A stretch of DNA of 64,000 nucleotides from Brooklawnia sp. (GTDB lineage Bacteria > Actinomycetota > Actinomycetes > Propionibacteriales > Propionibacteriaceae), in the NCBI GenBank assembly GCA_040767325.1, contig JAXGOU010000008.1:4934-68933 (forward strand), read 5' to 3'. This document shows, in pieces, positions 50,074 through 62,917 of the stretch (its first letter is position 1; each line of letters opens with the position of its first letter). The notes beneath the pieces are model-generated. The model made no database searches, was not told the origin of the DNA, and saw only the letters and a list, made by a program, of their open reading frames with translations. Made by a program: the position numbers and the translations under genes.

Positions 50074-50797
50074 GCCTTCCGGCACCCTGGTGTTGTTGCG
50101 ACACGGTGAGAGCACGTTCAACGCCGAACCCCGGTTCACCGGTCTGCTGGACGTGCCCCTGTCCGCAGCCGGCATGCGGCAGTGCGCCGAGGCTGCCGAC
50201 CTGCTGGCCGCGGCTGGTCTGCGTCCCGACCAGGTGATCACCACTCCCCTGCGGCGTGCCTGGCAGACGGCCGAATTGATGGCCGACCGGATCTGGCTGC
50301 CGGACGCAGTGCGCGACTGGCGCTTGGCCGAGCGCGACTACGGCGTCCTGACGAACATGGCCAAACCTGACGTGCGGCGGATCTACGGTGAGCGGGCCTA
50401 CTTCGAATGGCGCCGCACAGTGGACGGAAAGCCACCGGCAGCCACCCCGGAACAGGTGGCGAGTTGGGGTTCGTTGGCGCGTACGCCGCTGGGCCCGCTG
50501 CAGCCGGGGATGAGCGAGTCGCTGCGCGAGGTGATCGTCCGGGTGCGACCGCTGCTGGCCGACATCCAGGGCCTGCTCGCCGGCGGCGCCACCGTGCTGG
50601 TGGTCGGCCACGGCAACAGCCTGCGGGCGTTGTGCGCGTTGATCGAGAACCTGGGCGATGCCGAGGTCGAACGCCTGAACCTGCCGACTGGCCAGCCGCT
50701 GGTCTATGACCCGGTCAACCCGACAGTGGGCCGTTACCTCGACCCGCAGACCGCGACGCTGCGGGCAGCCGCTGTCGCCGCGGAGGGTGGTACCTGA
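50060..50797 (+). CDS. gpmA: Cofactor-dependent phosphoglycerate mutase-like histidine phosphatase
   Basis: LRHGES, FTG..DV.L, L.ER.YG, WRR, HGNSLRAL, PTG.P.VY. Confidence 0.75.
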   Translation: MSTAEPSGTLVLLRHGESTFNAEPRFTGLLDVPLSAAGMRQCAEAADLLAAAGLRPDQVITTPLRRAWQTAELMADRIWLPDAVRDWRLAERDYGVLTNMAKPDVRRIYGERAYFEWRRTVDGKPPAATPEQVASWGSLARTPLGPLQPGMSESLREVIVRVRPLLADIQGLLAGGATVLVVGHGNSLRALCALIENLGDAEVERLNLPTGQPLVYDPVNPTVGRYLDPQTATLRAAAVAAEGGT

Positions 50798-51973
50798 TCA
50801 GGATTCGACGTACAGCACCTTGTTGGGCGCACCGTTGGTCAGCTGGATCACCTGGACCTGCTTGTGGACCTGGTGGAACTCGTCGATCGCCAACAACCCA
50901 GTGGCGCCCTGCAGGTTCGTGGTGGCCGCCAGGGCGTCCCGGACGGCGACCCCAGTCGGCTGCTCGGCCCGGGCGATGGCGTCCGCGACCAGCAGCGTCG
51001 CATCGTAGGCCAGTGCAGCGGCCGGCGGCGGTTCCTCACCGGAATAGGCGGCCCGGTAGCCTTCCACGAACTCGGCCAGCTTCGGGTTGGCGGTGTCCAA
51101 CGCCGTGTAATGCACCGTGTAGTAGACGCCGCTGAGCAGTTCGGGCGGCACCGATTGGGCCAACACCGGCGAATCGAAGCCATCAGTGCCAAGCACCGGG
51201 ACGTTCAAACCAGCCTCGCGCAGCGCACGGATGATCATGGCCCCCTCGGTCGGCGGGCCCGCGATAAAGATGACGTCTGCCCGGTTGGCCGTCACCGCCG
51301 AGACGATCCCGGCCGTGTCCGGGGCGCCGCCGGGGAACGGCTGGCTGACCGCTACCTGACCACCAAGCTCGGCGAAGCGATCCCGGAACCCCTTGGCGAA
51401 GTCCTCGGTGTACTGCACGTCGGCCAGTTGCAGCACGGCGGCCCGTTGGGCGTTGAGTTGCTCGAAGGCAAGGCGGGCCAGGGTGGCACCCTGCTGGTCG
51501 TCACTGATGCAGGTGCGGAAGGTGTACGAACCGGCGGTCTCCTCGGTGGGCTGCAGGATCTCCGAGCCGCACGCGGAACCGGCCACCGAGACGATGTGCT
51601 GGTGGTTGGAGATGCTCGCCGTCGTGGCGAACAACGGCGTGGTGGTCGGACCGATGACGGCCAGCACCTTGCCCTGGGTCATCAGCTGGGTGGTCAGCGC
51701 GCTGGCCCGCCCCCAGTCCGACCGGTTGTCCAGCGCGGTCAGGTCGATCTCCTGGCCGTTGATGCCGCCGGCGTCGTTGATCTGTTGGACCGCCAGATGG
51801 ATGCCCTTGGAGGCCGGGTCGCCCAGCGATGCCAACCCGCCGGTGGCCTCCACGTTGGCCCCGATCCGGATCTTCTCACCGAGGTGCAGTTGTTCGCCGG
51901 CGGTGCTGTCACACGCAGCCAGCAACGACACCGCGAGAAGCGCGGCAGCAGCCCCGGCCAGCGCCTTGTTCAT
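50798..51973 (-). CDS. Second LivJ/K-type substrate-binding lipoprotein
   Basis: Lipobox LAAC; QQINDAGGING, FRTC.SD..QG, GTDGFDSP; paralog of 56036-57211. Confidence 0.85.
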   Translation of the reverse strand: MNKALAGAAAALLAVSLLAACDSTAGEQLHLGEKIRIGANVEATGGLASLGDPASKGIHLAVQQINDAGGINGQEIDLTALDNRSDWGRASALTTQLMTQGKVLAVIGPTTTPLFATTASISNHQHIVSVAGSACGSEILQPTEETAGSYTFRTCISDDQQGATLARLAFEQLNAQRAAVLQLADVQYTEDFAKGFRDRFAELGGQVAVSQPFPGGAPDTAGIVSAVTANRADVIFIAGPPTEGAMIIRALREAGLNVPVLGTDGFDSPVLAQSVPPELLSGVYYTVHYTALDTANPKLAEFVEGYRAAYSGEEPPPAAALAYDATLLVADAIARAEQPTGVAVRDALAATTNLQGATGLLAIDEFHQVHKQVQVIQLTNGAPNKVLYVES

Positions 51974-52611
51974 GAGTTCCGCAGCCGGTACTTGAGGGTG
52001 AAGCCCGATTCGGCGAATCGGCGCTCCAGTTCCTCGGTGTTCAGCGTGTTGATGCCGAGCACCACCAGGCTGCGTTCCAGGCCGCTGCGGTAGACGGCGA
52101 TGTGGGTGATGTTGGTCTGGAACTCGCCCGTGATCGACGCCAGGCGGGCCATCACGCCGGGCTGGTCGTCTGCCTCGATGACCAGCCGGGTGCCATCCTC
52201 CCGGGCGCCGTTCAACTCGACGAAGGCGTCCAGGATGTCGCTCTCGGTGATGACCCCGACCAGCTTCTCGCCGTCCAGCACGGGCAGCAGTTCGATCTTG
52301 CGGTCGCGCATCAGGATGGCGGCCTCTTCCAGCAGCGCGTCCGGGCCGATGGTGACCGGGTTGCGGGTCATCACCTTGGACACCTTCAGCTTGCTGAACA
52401 GGTAGGCGACCTCACCGGCACTGAATGAGGTGGCCATCGAGGGTGACGCGCGGTCGATGTCGGATTGCGAGACCACGCCCACCAATTTGCCCTCTGACAG
52501 CACGGGCAGCTTGCGCACCCCGTTGGTCTGCATCTTCTCGATCGCTTCCGGGACGCTGGCGTCCGGACCGATCGTGAACGGGTTGGCGGTCATGCGCCAC
52601 TTCACGAACAT
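51970..52611 (-). CDS. acuB: CBS-pair plus ACT domain protein (AcuB-like)
   Basis: Two CBS motifs (LPV..GKLVGV), C-terminal DQPGVMA..NI ACT. Confidence 0.8.
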   Translation of the reverse strand: MFVKWRMTANPFTIGPDASVPEAIEKMQTNGVRKLPVLSEGKLVGVVSQSDIDRASPSMATSFSAGEVAYLFSKLKVSKVMTRNPVTIGPDALLEEAAILMRDRKIELLPVLDGEKLVGVITESDILDAFVELNGAREDGTRLVIEADDQPGVMARLASITGEFQTNITHIAVYRSGLERSLVVLGINTLNTEELERRFAESGFTLKYRLRNS

Positions 52612-52614
52612 CGC

Positions 52615-53319
52615 TCATCCTCCAAGATAGGCACGTCGTACTTCTTCGGTCGCCAGCAACTCCGCTGCCGGACCACTGAGCACGATATTGCCCGTTTCCA
52701 TCACGTAGGCGCGACTGGCCACCTGCAACGCCATGTTGGCATTCTGCTCCACCAGCAGGATGGTGGTCCCCGTTTCGTTGATCGCGGCGATGATGTTGAA
52801 GATCTCCTGGACGAACAAGGGTGCCAGGCCCATCGACGGTTCATCCAGCAGCAGCACCTTGGGGGCGGCCATCAGGGCACGTCCCATGGCGAGCATCTGC
52901 TGCTCGCCGCCGGACAGCGTGCCGGCGTCCTGGGTGCGTCGGTCGGCCAGCACCGGGAAGCGTTCGAAGACCCGCTTCATGTCGGCGGCGACCCCAGAGC
53001 GGTCACGGCGCAGGAAGGCGCCGAGTTCGAGGTTCTCCAGCACACTCATCTTCGGGAAGACCCGGCGGCCTTCCGGGACGTGCACCAAGCCGCGCTTGAC
53101 GCGATCCTGCGGGGAGACCTTGGTGATGTCCTTGCCGTCCAGCCAGATCGAGCCGCTGGCCGCCCGTTCCAGTCCGGACGAGGTGCGCAGCGTGGTGGTC
53201 TTTCCGGCGCCGTTGGCACCGATCAGGGTGACGATCTCGCCCTGCTGGACGTCCAGCGAGATGCCCTTGAGGGCCTGGATGCCGCCGAAGTTGACCTGGA
53301 GGTCCCGGATCTCAAACAT
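52615..53319 (-). CDS. livF: Branched-chain amino acid ABC ATPase
   Basis: GANGAGKTT, VPEGRRVF, LSGGEQQM, DEPSMGL. Confidence 0.92.
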   Translation of the reverse strand: MFEIRDLQVNFGGIQALKGISLDVQQGEIVTLIGANGAGKTTTLRTSSGLERAASGSIWLDGKDITKVSPQDRVKRGLVHVPEGRRVFPKMSVLENLELGAFLRRDRSGVAADMKRVFERFPVLADRRTQDAGTLSGGEQQMLAMGRALMAAPKVLLLDEPSMGLAPLFVQEIFNIIAAINETGTTILLVEQNANMALQVASRAYVMETGNIVLSGPAAELLATEEVRRAYLGG

Positions 53320-54100
53320 CGTCGACCTCCTGACCCAGGTAGGCCTCGATGACCTGCGGATTGTGTTGTACCTCGTCGGGTGAGCCCGAGGCGATCACCA
53401 CGCCATGATCGAGCACGTAGATGCGCTCGCAGATGCTCATCACCAGGCTCATGTCGTGTTCGATCAGCAGGATGGTCAACGAGTAGTTCTCGCGGATCCA
53501 ACTGATCAACTCGGTCAACTGGGCGGTCTCGGCCGGGTTCATGCCGGCGGCCGGCTCGTCGAGCAGCAGCAGCCGTGGTCCGGTGGCCAGCGCCCGGGCA
53601 ATCTCCAGGTGGCGCTGCTCGCCATACGACAGGTTGCGGGCCAGGTCGAGGGCCTTGTTCTCCAGCTTGAGCAGCTTCAGCAGTTCCATGCTGCGCTCGC
53701 TCACCTCGTCGCGAGCCCGGGCCCAGGCGCGGGTGTGCAGGAACGACGAGACCAGCCCGTAGGTCTGGGACTGCTCCAGCGCGATCACCACGTTGTCCAG
53801 GACGCTGAGGTCCTTGAACAGCCGGATGTTCTGGAAGGTGCGGCCCACGCCCATCCGGCAGATGTCGTAGGGACGGCGGCCACCCAGGTTGAGCGGCTTG
53901 TCGTCCGGGGTGAAGGTGATGGTGCCCGAAGACGGCGGGTAGACGCCGGTGAGCAGGTTGAAGACGGTCGTCTTGCCGGCACCGTTGGGCCCGATCAGGC
54001 CGACCAGTTCGCCATGCTCGAGCACGATGTCGACGTTGCTCAGCGCTGCCAAGCCGCCGAAGTTGCGCGTCAGGTCGGTGACCTCGAGGATCGGGCTCAT
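53312..54100 (-). CDS. livG: Branched-chain amino acid ABC ATPase
   Basis: GPNGAGKTT, RTFQNIRLF, LSYGEQR, DEPAAGMN. Confidence 0.92.
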   Translation of the reverse strand: MSPILEVTDLTRNFGGLAALSNVDIVLEHGELVGLIGPNGAGKTTVFNLLTGVYPPSSGTITFTPDDKPLNLGGRRPYDICRMGVGRTFQNIRLFKDLSVLDNVVIALEQSQTYGLVSSFLHTRAWARARDEVSERSMELLKLLKLENKALDLARNLSYGEQRHLEIARALATGPRLLLLDEPAAGMNPAETAQLTELISWIRENYSLTILLIEHDMSLVMSICERIYVLDHGVVIASGSPDEVQHNPQVIEAYLGQEVDDV

Positions 54101-55071
54101 GGTCGATCCCCCGTCCGGTCGGCGGGCGTTCGCCTGGGTAGCAGCCGTTGGAACAGCCCCAGCGACAGTTCGCGGGAACCCATGATGCCCTGCGGACGGA
54201 AGACCATCAGCACGACGAGCACCAACGAATAGAGAATCATCCGGATCTCGGGGAACGGCTGCAGAAGCGTCGAGACCACAGCCAGCAACACCGCGGCCAG
54301 GATCGAGCCGGAGATCGAACCCAGCCCGCCCAGCACCACGATGACCAGGATGTTGATCGACTGCATGAAGCCGAACAGGTCGGGCTTGATGAAGTAGAAG
54401 TAGGACGCGTAGACCCCGCCCGCGATCGCGCCGAAGAAGGCGCCCACGGTGAAGGCCAGGGTCTTGGTCTGGGTGGAGCGGACGCCGATCGACTCGGCGG
54501 CGATCTCGTCCTCGCGCATCGAGATGGCATCGCGTCCATGCCGCGAGTTCAGGAAGTTGCTGATCAGTACCACGGTGCCGGCCGTCAGTACGAACAGCCA
54601 GTTCCAGTTCACGAACTGCGGGATGCCGGACAACCCGGCCGCACCGTTGGAGAACTCAAAGTTGAGCAGCAGGACGCGGATGATCTCGGCCATACCCAGG
54701 GTGGCGATGGCCAAGTAGTCGCCGCGCAATCGCAACGTCGGCAGGCCGATCAGGAAGCCGACCAGGGCGGCCAGCCCGCCACCCACCAGCAACCCCAGGA
54801 CGAAGCCGAAGACGTTGGGGATGGACATGGTGATCAGCGCGGTGGAATACGCGCCGATGGCCATGAAGCCGGCGTGGCCCAGCGAGAACTGTCCGGTGAA
54901 TCCGGTGACCAGGTTCAGGCTGACGGCCAGGATGATGTTCACGCAGATGGTGACCAGGGTGGCCTGTAGGTAGGCGTTGATGATGTCGAGGCGCACCAGC
55001 AGCAGCACGACGAGGTAGACGCCCGCCAAGGAGACGGCCTTGACCAGGATGGACTTCATGCGCGGGCTCAT
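54097..55071 (-). CDS. livM: Branched-chain amino acid ABC permease
   Basis: GFTGQFSLGHAGF, RLRGDYLAIATLG, REDEIAA. Confidence 0.92.
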   Translation of the reverse strand: MSPRMKSILVKAVSLAGVYLVVLLLVRLDIINAYLQATLVTICVNIILAVSLNLVTGFTGQFSLGHAGFMAIGAYSTALITMSIPNVFGFVLGLLVGGGLAALVGFLIGLPTLRLRGDYLAIATLGMAEIIRVLLLNFEFSNGAAGLSGIPQFVNWNWLFVLTAGTVVLISNFLNSRHGRDAISMREDEIAAESIGVRSTQTKTLAFTVGAFFGAIAGGVYASYFYFIKPDLFGFMQSINILVIVVLGGLGSISGSILAAVLLAVVSTLLQPFPEIRMILYSLVLVVLMVFRPQGIMGSRELSLGLFQRLLPRRTPADRTGDRP

Positions 55072-55955
55072 CAGACCTTCTCCCGCACGTTCTTGCCGAG
55101 CAGACCAGCCGGCTTGACGATCAGCACGATGATCAGCAGCGCGAAGACCACCGCGTCCCGCAGCATGGAGAAGCCGAGTGCCGAGGCCAGTGTTTCGGTG
55201 GCGCCGATCACGTAGCCGCCGAGCAGGGCACCCGGGATCAGGCCGATACCGCCGAGTACCGCCGCGACGAAGGCCTTCAGACCGGGCAGGATGCCCATCA
55301 GCGGGTTGACGGTGTTGTAGTAGACGCCGACCAGCACCCCAGCGGCACCGGCCAATGCGGAGCCCACCGCGAAGGTGAACGAGATCGTGTTGTCGACGCT
55401 GATGCCCATCAACTGGGCGGCATCACGGTCCTGGGATACCGCGCGCATCGCCTTACCCAACTTGGTGCTCTTGACGATGAACTGCAGGCCGATCATCAGC
55501 ACCACAGAGATCGCCACGATCCAGATCTGCAGGGCGGTGATGACCACCCCACCGAACCGGAAGGTGTGGGTCATGTAGTCGGGCAGCGTCGGGTAGGAGC
55601 GGCTCTGGGCGCCGGCGAAGTACATCATCACGTACTCCAACAACAACGAAACCCCGATCGCGGTGATCAGCACCGCGATCCGGGTGGAGTTGCGCAACGG
55701 CTTGTAGGCCACCCGCTCGATGATCACGCCCAGCACTGAGCAGGCCGCCATCGCGACGAACAGCGACGGGAAGAAGCCGAGGTGGAAGTGGGCCATGCAG
55801 GCGTAGCCGACGTAGGCGCCGACCATGTAGACGTCACCATGGGCGAAGTTGATCAGCTGGATGATGCCGTACACCATCGTGTAGCCCAACGCGATCAACG
55901 CGTAGATGCTGCCCAATGAGACGGCATTGACCAATTGCTGCAGTACTTGATCCAT
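55071..55955 (-). CDS. livH: Branched-chain amino acid ABC permease
   Basis: ALGYTMVYGII.LINFAHG, KAMRAVSQD, KAFVAAVLGGIG. Confidence 0.92.
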   Translation of the reverse strand: MDQVLQQLVNAVSLGSIYALIALGYTMVYGIIQLINFAHGDVYMVGAYVGYACMAHFHLGFFPSLFVAMAACSVLGVIIERVAYKPLRNSTRIAVLITAIGVSLLLEYVMMYFAGAQSRSYPTLPDYMTHTFRFGGVVITALQIWIVAISVVLMIGLQFIVKSTKLGKAMRAVSQDRDAAQLMGISVDNTISFTFAVGSALAGAAGVLVGVYYNTVNPLMGILPGLKAFVAAVLGGIGLIPGALLGGYVIGATETLASALGFSMLRDAVVFALLIIVLIVKPAGLLGKNVREKV

Positions 55956-55984
55956 CTGGTGACTTTCTGGGTTGGGACGCGAGT

Positions 55985-56024
55985 GTGGGGTGGGGGATCA
56001 GTTCCGTCTGCTCCCCCACCCCAC
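55985..56024 (-). terminator. Intercistronic hairpin after the binding-protein gene
   Basis: GTGGGGTGGGGGA ... TCCCCCACCCCAC 13-bp stem. Confidence 0.7.
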
Positions 56025-56035
56025 TGCTCGTCCGA

Positions 56036-57211
56036 TCAGAGGGCGGCCGGTTCGGCGGCGACCGGGACGCCGTCGCCGAGCTCGATCACCATGGCGGCCT
56101 TGATGGGCTCGTGGGTCTCGGGATCGATGCTGAAGGTACCGGTGACGCCCTCGAAGTCCGTGGTGTTGGCCATCGCGTCCTTGACAGCCGGGCCGGTCAG
56201 CTCGGTCGCGTTGCCGATGGCGTTCGCCACGAAGTAGGCGGTGTCGTAGCCGAGGGCATGGAACGCGCTGGGATCCTCGCCGTACTTCTCGTTGAACGCT
56301 GCGATGAACTCCTTCACCTTGGTGTTCGAGTCATCGAGCGACGAGTAGTGGTTGGTGTAGAAGACGTCGTTCAGCGCGGCTGCGCCGGCCTTCTCGAGCA
56401 GCACCGGCGAGTCGAAGCCGTCGCCACCGAGGATCGGCTGGTCGATGCCCAGGTCGCGGGCCTGCTTGATCGCCAGGCCGACCTCTTCGTAGTAGCCCGG
56501 CATGTAGATGACGTCGAAGTCCTGCGCCTTGATCCGGGTCAGGATGGTGTTGAAGTTGGTCTCGCCGGCGGCGTAGCCCTCTTCGGCGCCGATGGTGCCA
56601 CCGTTGGCCTCGAAGGTCTTCTGGAAGTTGTCGGCCAGGCCCTTGGCGTAGTCGGACGAGGTGTCCTTGATGATGACCGCGGTCTTCGCCGACCGGTTCT
56701 TGGTGGCGAAGTTCGCCATCGCAGTGCCCTGGTAGGAGTCCGAGAAGCAGGTGCGGAAGGCGTACTCCTGCAGCTTCCCGTTGCTCACCGTCACGTCATC
56801 GGCGGTGGCGGAGCCGGAGATGACCGGGACCTCGTTCTGGTTGGCGACCGGGATGGTGGCCTTGAACGAGCCGGAGGTGGCCGGGCCGATGATGGTGACG
56901 ACCTTGTCCTGGGTCATCAGCTTGGTGGCCAGTGTGGTGGCCTCAGCGGGCTCCGACTTGGTGTCGTACTTGACGATCTCGACCTGCTTGCCGTTGATGC
57001 CACCGGCGGCGTTGATTTCCTCGAACGCCATCTCAATGCCCTTGACGCTCGCGTCGCCATAGGTGGCCACGGGGCCGGACAGTTCGTAGTTCACGCCAAC
57101 CTTGACGACATCGCTGTCGGCACCTGACGAACCCGAACCGCCACCACCACAACCGGCGAGCAGCGCCAGCGACACGGCGGCAGCCGCGAATGCGGCAAAG
57201 CTGCGCTTCAT
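56036..57211 (-). CDS. livJ: Branched-chain amino acid ABC substrate-binding lipoprotein
   Basis: Lipobox LAGC; ELSG.VA.YG, IIGPATSG, FRTCFSDSYQG, F.GVTG. Confidence 0.88.
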   Translation of the reverse strand: MKRSFAAFAAAAVSLALLAGCGGGGSGSSGADSDVVKVGVNYELSGPVATYGDASVKGIEMAFEEINAAGGINGKQVEIVKYDTKSEPAEATTLATKLMTQDKVVTIIGPATSGSFKATIPVANQNEVPVISGSATADDVTVSNGKLQEYAFRTCFSDSYQGTAMANFATKNRSAKTAVIIKDTSSDYAKGLADNFQKTFEANGGTIGAEEGYAAGETNFNTILTRIKAQDFDVIYMPGYYEEVGLAIKQARDLGIDQPILGGDGFDSPVLLEKAGAAALNDVFYTNHYSSLDDSNTKVKEFIAAFNEKYGEDPSAFHALGYDTAYFVANAIGNATELTGPAVKDAMANTTDFEGVTGTFSIDPETHEPIKAAMVIELGDGVPVAAEPAAL

Positions 57212-57322
57212 GAAAAACCTCTTTCGATTCAGAACAGTCGTGGTCCGCAGATTAGTACGCACCGCTCGTGTGTACACGCGCGTCTCAGCCTGATCCCGAT
57301 AGTTGGAACTGATTCGTGACCT

Positions 57323-60124
<2,802 letters not shown>

Positions 60125-60169
60125 ACAGCCACCGTAGGCCCCGACACCGAGGATTCAAAGGCTTCCGGC

Positions 60170-60997
60170 TCAGCCCAGACCGAGATCGGCCAGCATGCGT
60201 AGCGCCTCGGCCACGCCATCCTCGGCGCGGATCTGTTCGCCGACCTCGGCGGCGCGGGCGCGATAGCGGGATGAGGTGACGGCGGTCAGCAGCCCGGACA
60301 GCCGCGCTGTGGTGAGCCGGGTGACCCGGATGGGTTTCGGCCCCACGCCAAGCTCGAACAGCCGGGTCGCGTGATAGGGCTGGTCCACCCCGAACGGAAC
60401 CGCCACCGACGGGACGCCGGCACGCAACCCATCGTGGGTCGTGCCCGCCCCGCCGTGGTGCACTCCGGGTCAGGCAGGAACGGCTGGCGCGGGGTCGCCC
60501 AGTAGCCGGTTTGGTGCACCGAGGCGGGCCAGTCACCGGCCGGTGGGATCAGCAGTGGGCTGGCCGCCAGCAACGTCGGATGCTCGTCGGCGATCCGGGT
60601 GGCCGCCGACAGCGACACCCGTTTGAGCCCCAGGCGCAGCGGCCATCGGGCGCCCCAGGATGCCGGCCAGCACGGCGTCCCCCGGCTGCACGGTCTGGTC
60701 GATCACCTCGGCGATTCCCGGCGCAGCCTGGGCGAGCCAACGTTCGATCAGGACGCCCTGGCCGGCCAGCGAGCGCATGGCCAGCCGACCCCAGCCTCGG
60801 TGAGTGCGTAGGAACGCGTCCGAGATGCGTCCGGGCAGCGCGACGAACTCAGCGCCCAACCCGGTCACCAACGACTGGTAGTTCTGCAGGGCGATGACCT
60901 TGGCGTCCACGCCACTGGCCTTCAGCGCACCACCGAGCACTGCCATCGGCTGGACGTCGCCGCGGGAACCGATGGCGAGCAGGACCACGCGGGCCAT
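60170..60997 (-). pseudogene. GT1-family (sterol glucosyltransferase-like) glycosyltransferase with deletions/frameshifts
   Basis: IGSRGDVQP N-motif, DWP..VHQTGYW and HHGGAGTT..FGVDQ in different frames; only about 830 bp. Confidence 0.75.
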
Positions 60998-61005
60998 GGC
61001 CAGTC

Positions 61006-62913
61006 CTATGACTTGCCGAGTTCTTGCAGCGCGCGGTCGATGGCCGCAGAAGTGTTGTCGACCTCCTGCTGCAGTTCGGTGCGGCGAGCCGACAGGGCGT
61101 CCAGTTGGTCCTGCGCCCCGGTCAGGCCGGCGAGCATCCGGGCTCGCAAGGGTTGCTCGTCCGGTGTGTTCTGCAGTGCGCCGAGGTTCACCCGGAACTG
61201 CTCCTGGCTCTCCAGCAGGTGCTTGCGGTCCTCGTCCAACGAGCCGAGGTCGGCCTTGGCCTGATCCCGCCTGGCCACCAGGTCGAGCAACCCGGACAGC
61301 TTCGCCAAGGAGTCCTGGTCGAGCAGGTGCTGGCTGAAGAAGCGCTGCAGTTGGCGATGATCCAAGCCGAGCACTCGTTCGGCCCGGGTGGTGGCGAATC
61401 GTTCGGCCTGCTCGAACTTGGCGGTGGCGTGGGCCGGTACGGACACCTCCCAACGCCGGTGGGTCGGGGTCTCCTCGGTGGGCGCCGGGGTCTTGTACAA
61501 GTCAGCGCCGTGGGCCCGCGGCGCCTCGATGGTCACCTTCTTGGCGTGCGGTGTGGAGTTCACGATCTGGTAGCTGACCTGGTTGATCACGTACTCCTGC
61601 ACCAGCAGGTAGTCGCCGTCGAAACGAAGGCCGTAGGCCTCGTTGCGGCTCTGGTGCTGCTCGGTCACCTTGATGCCCAGTTCGATCGCATAGGGCAGGT
61701 ACAGTTCGGCGCCGGGCGGGGTGAACGGGACGATGGCGTCGCCGGAGTAGCTGCCGTCGCGGATCAGCGTCGCGGGTCCGCGCTCCAGGGTCAGTCCGGT
61801 GGTGTTGCGCATCCGCAGTGCCGCGACCGGGTTGGCTGGGTGCTTCTCGCCGCTGTACAGCAACTCGTGACGGCAGGATGTCTGCTCGCTGAGGATCGGC
61901 ACCAGGGCCGAGTCTCCTCGGGCCACCGACACCGGGGTGCCGATCACGTACTCGAAGAACTCCCCCGCCTCGCGTCCTTCGACCACTGGCGTGAACGACT
62001 GGTCCATCGCCGCCAGGCTGCCGACGGCCATGTCGGCCTTGGCCCGGGCCATCATCGGTGGCCCGCCGGGTGCCGGCGCCATGGCGGCCTCGAAGGTGAT
62101 CGGACCCACCGCCTCGCGATGCTCCTCGCCCACCTGTGGGCGCTGAGGGATCTGCGAGGCGTAGAGGTCGTAGACGAAGGAGATCGGCTGGCCGGCGACC
62201 AGCCGCAACTCGACGTCGGTGAGGTCCTCCTCCAGCCGGTTGTCGAACAGGCCCCACGCCTGCACCAGGGCCTTGGGGTCGGCACCGTCCAGGTCCTCGG
62301 CAACCACCCGGTAACTGACCCGCCAGACCGGGCTGGGGGCGACGTAGTGCGCCACCAGGTCGTGGTCGCCGTCGGACAGCCTGATGTTGACCACCCGTCG
62401 GCTGCCGTCGCTCACCACGGTGTCCAGCGAGTAGTCAAGGTCTGCGGTCGCCTGCTCGTCCTCGATCCGCACCCCGCTGATGTCGTCCAGCGCGCCGACC
62501 AGTACCTGACCGGCTTCGGTGCGCAGGCTGACCGTCGAGCGGGGCGCCTGCTGGTCGTCCGGATCGGCCTCGACCAGGTCCAGGCCCACCAAGCGGCCAG
62601 TGCGTTCGGTCGTCCCGAATTGCAGCGTCACCAGCCGGCCACGGAGGTCGGTCAACAGGGTGCGCAGGCTGGCGTCCGCAGACAGCCGGATGGACGTGTT
62701 GGCCCAGCGCTGCTGGACGTCCATCGGCGTCTGGTAGTCGATGCCGAGCACCCGGCCGCCGGCGCGGTCCAGCACGGTGAGGCTCTTCAGGACGTCGTTG
62801 ATCTCGTCGGCCCGGAAGACCAGCGACGCCGTCTGGCCACTGAGCTGACCTTCGCGCACGAAGTAGCCAACCCCGTGCTTGAACAGCACCATGGAGCGGA
62901 CTGGCAGCGACAT
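61006..62913 (-). CDS. DUF4139/DUF4140-like domain protein with C-terminal coiled coil
   Basis: LFKHGVGYF, INDVLKSL, W.VSYR, DN...DL..VELRLVAG, NTTGLTLERGP. Confidence 0.75.
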   Translation of the reverse strand: MSLPVRSMVLFKHGVGYFVREGQLSGQTASLVFRADEINDVLKSLTVLDRAGGRVLGIDYQTPMDVQQRWANTSIRLSADASLRTLLTDLRGRLVTLQFGTTERTGRLVGLDLVEADPDDQQAPRSTVSLRTEAGQVLVGALDDISGVRIEDEQATADLDYSLDTVVSDGSRRVVNIRLSDGDHDLVAHYVAPSPVWRVSYRVVAEDLDGADPKALVQAWGLFDNRLEEDLTDVELRLVAGQPISFVYDLYASQIPQRPQVGEEHREAVGPITFEAAMAPAPGGPPMMARAKADMAVGSLAAMDQSFTPVVEGREAGEFFEYVIGTPVSVARGDSALVPILSEQTSCRHELLYSGEKHPANPVAALRMRNTTGLTLERGPATLIRDGSYSGDAIVPFTPPGAELYLPYAIELGIKVTEQHQSRNEAYGLRFDGDYLLVQEYVINQVSYQIVNSTPHAKKVTIEAPRAHGADLYKTPAPTEETPTHRRWEVSVPAHATAKFEQAERFATTRAERVLGLDHRQLQRFFSQHLLDQDSLAKLSGLLDLVARRDQAKADLGSLDEDRKHLLESQEQFRVNLGALQNTPDEQPLRARMLAGLTGAQDQLDALSARRTELQQEVDNTSAAIDRALQELGKS

Positions 62914-62917
62914 GGCG

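Noticed and set aside
57212-57322. Leu/Ile/Val leader peptide or T-box upstream of liv
   Set aside because: No BCAA-codon-rich short ORF or T-box consensus visible
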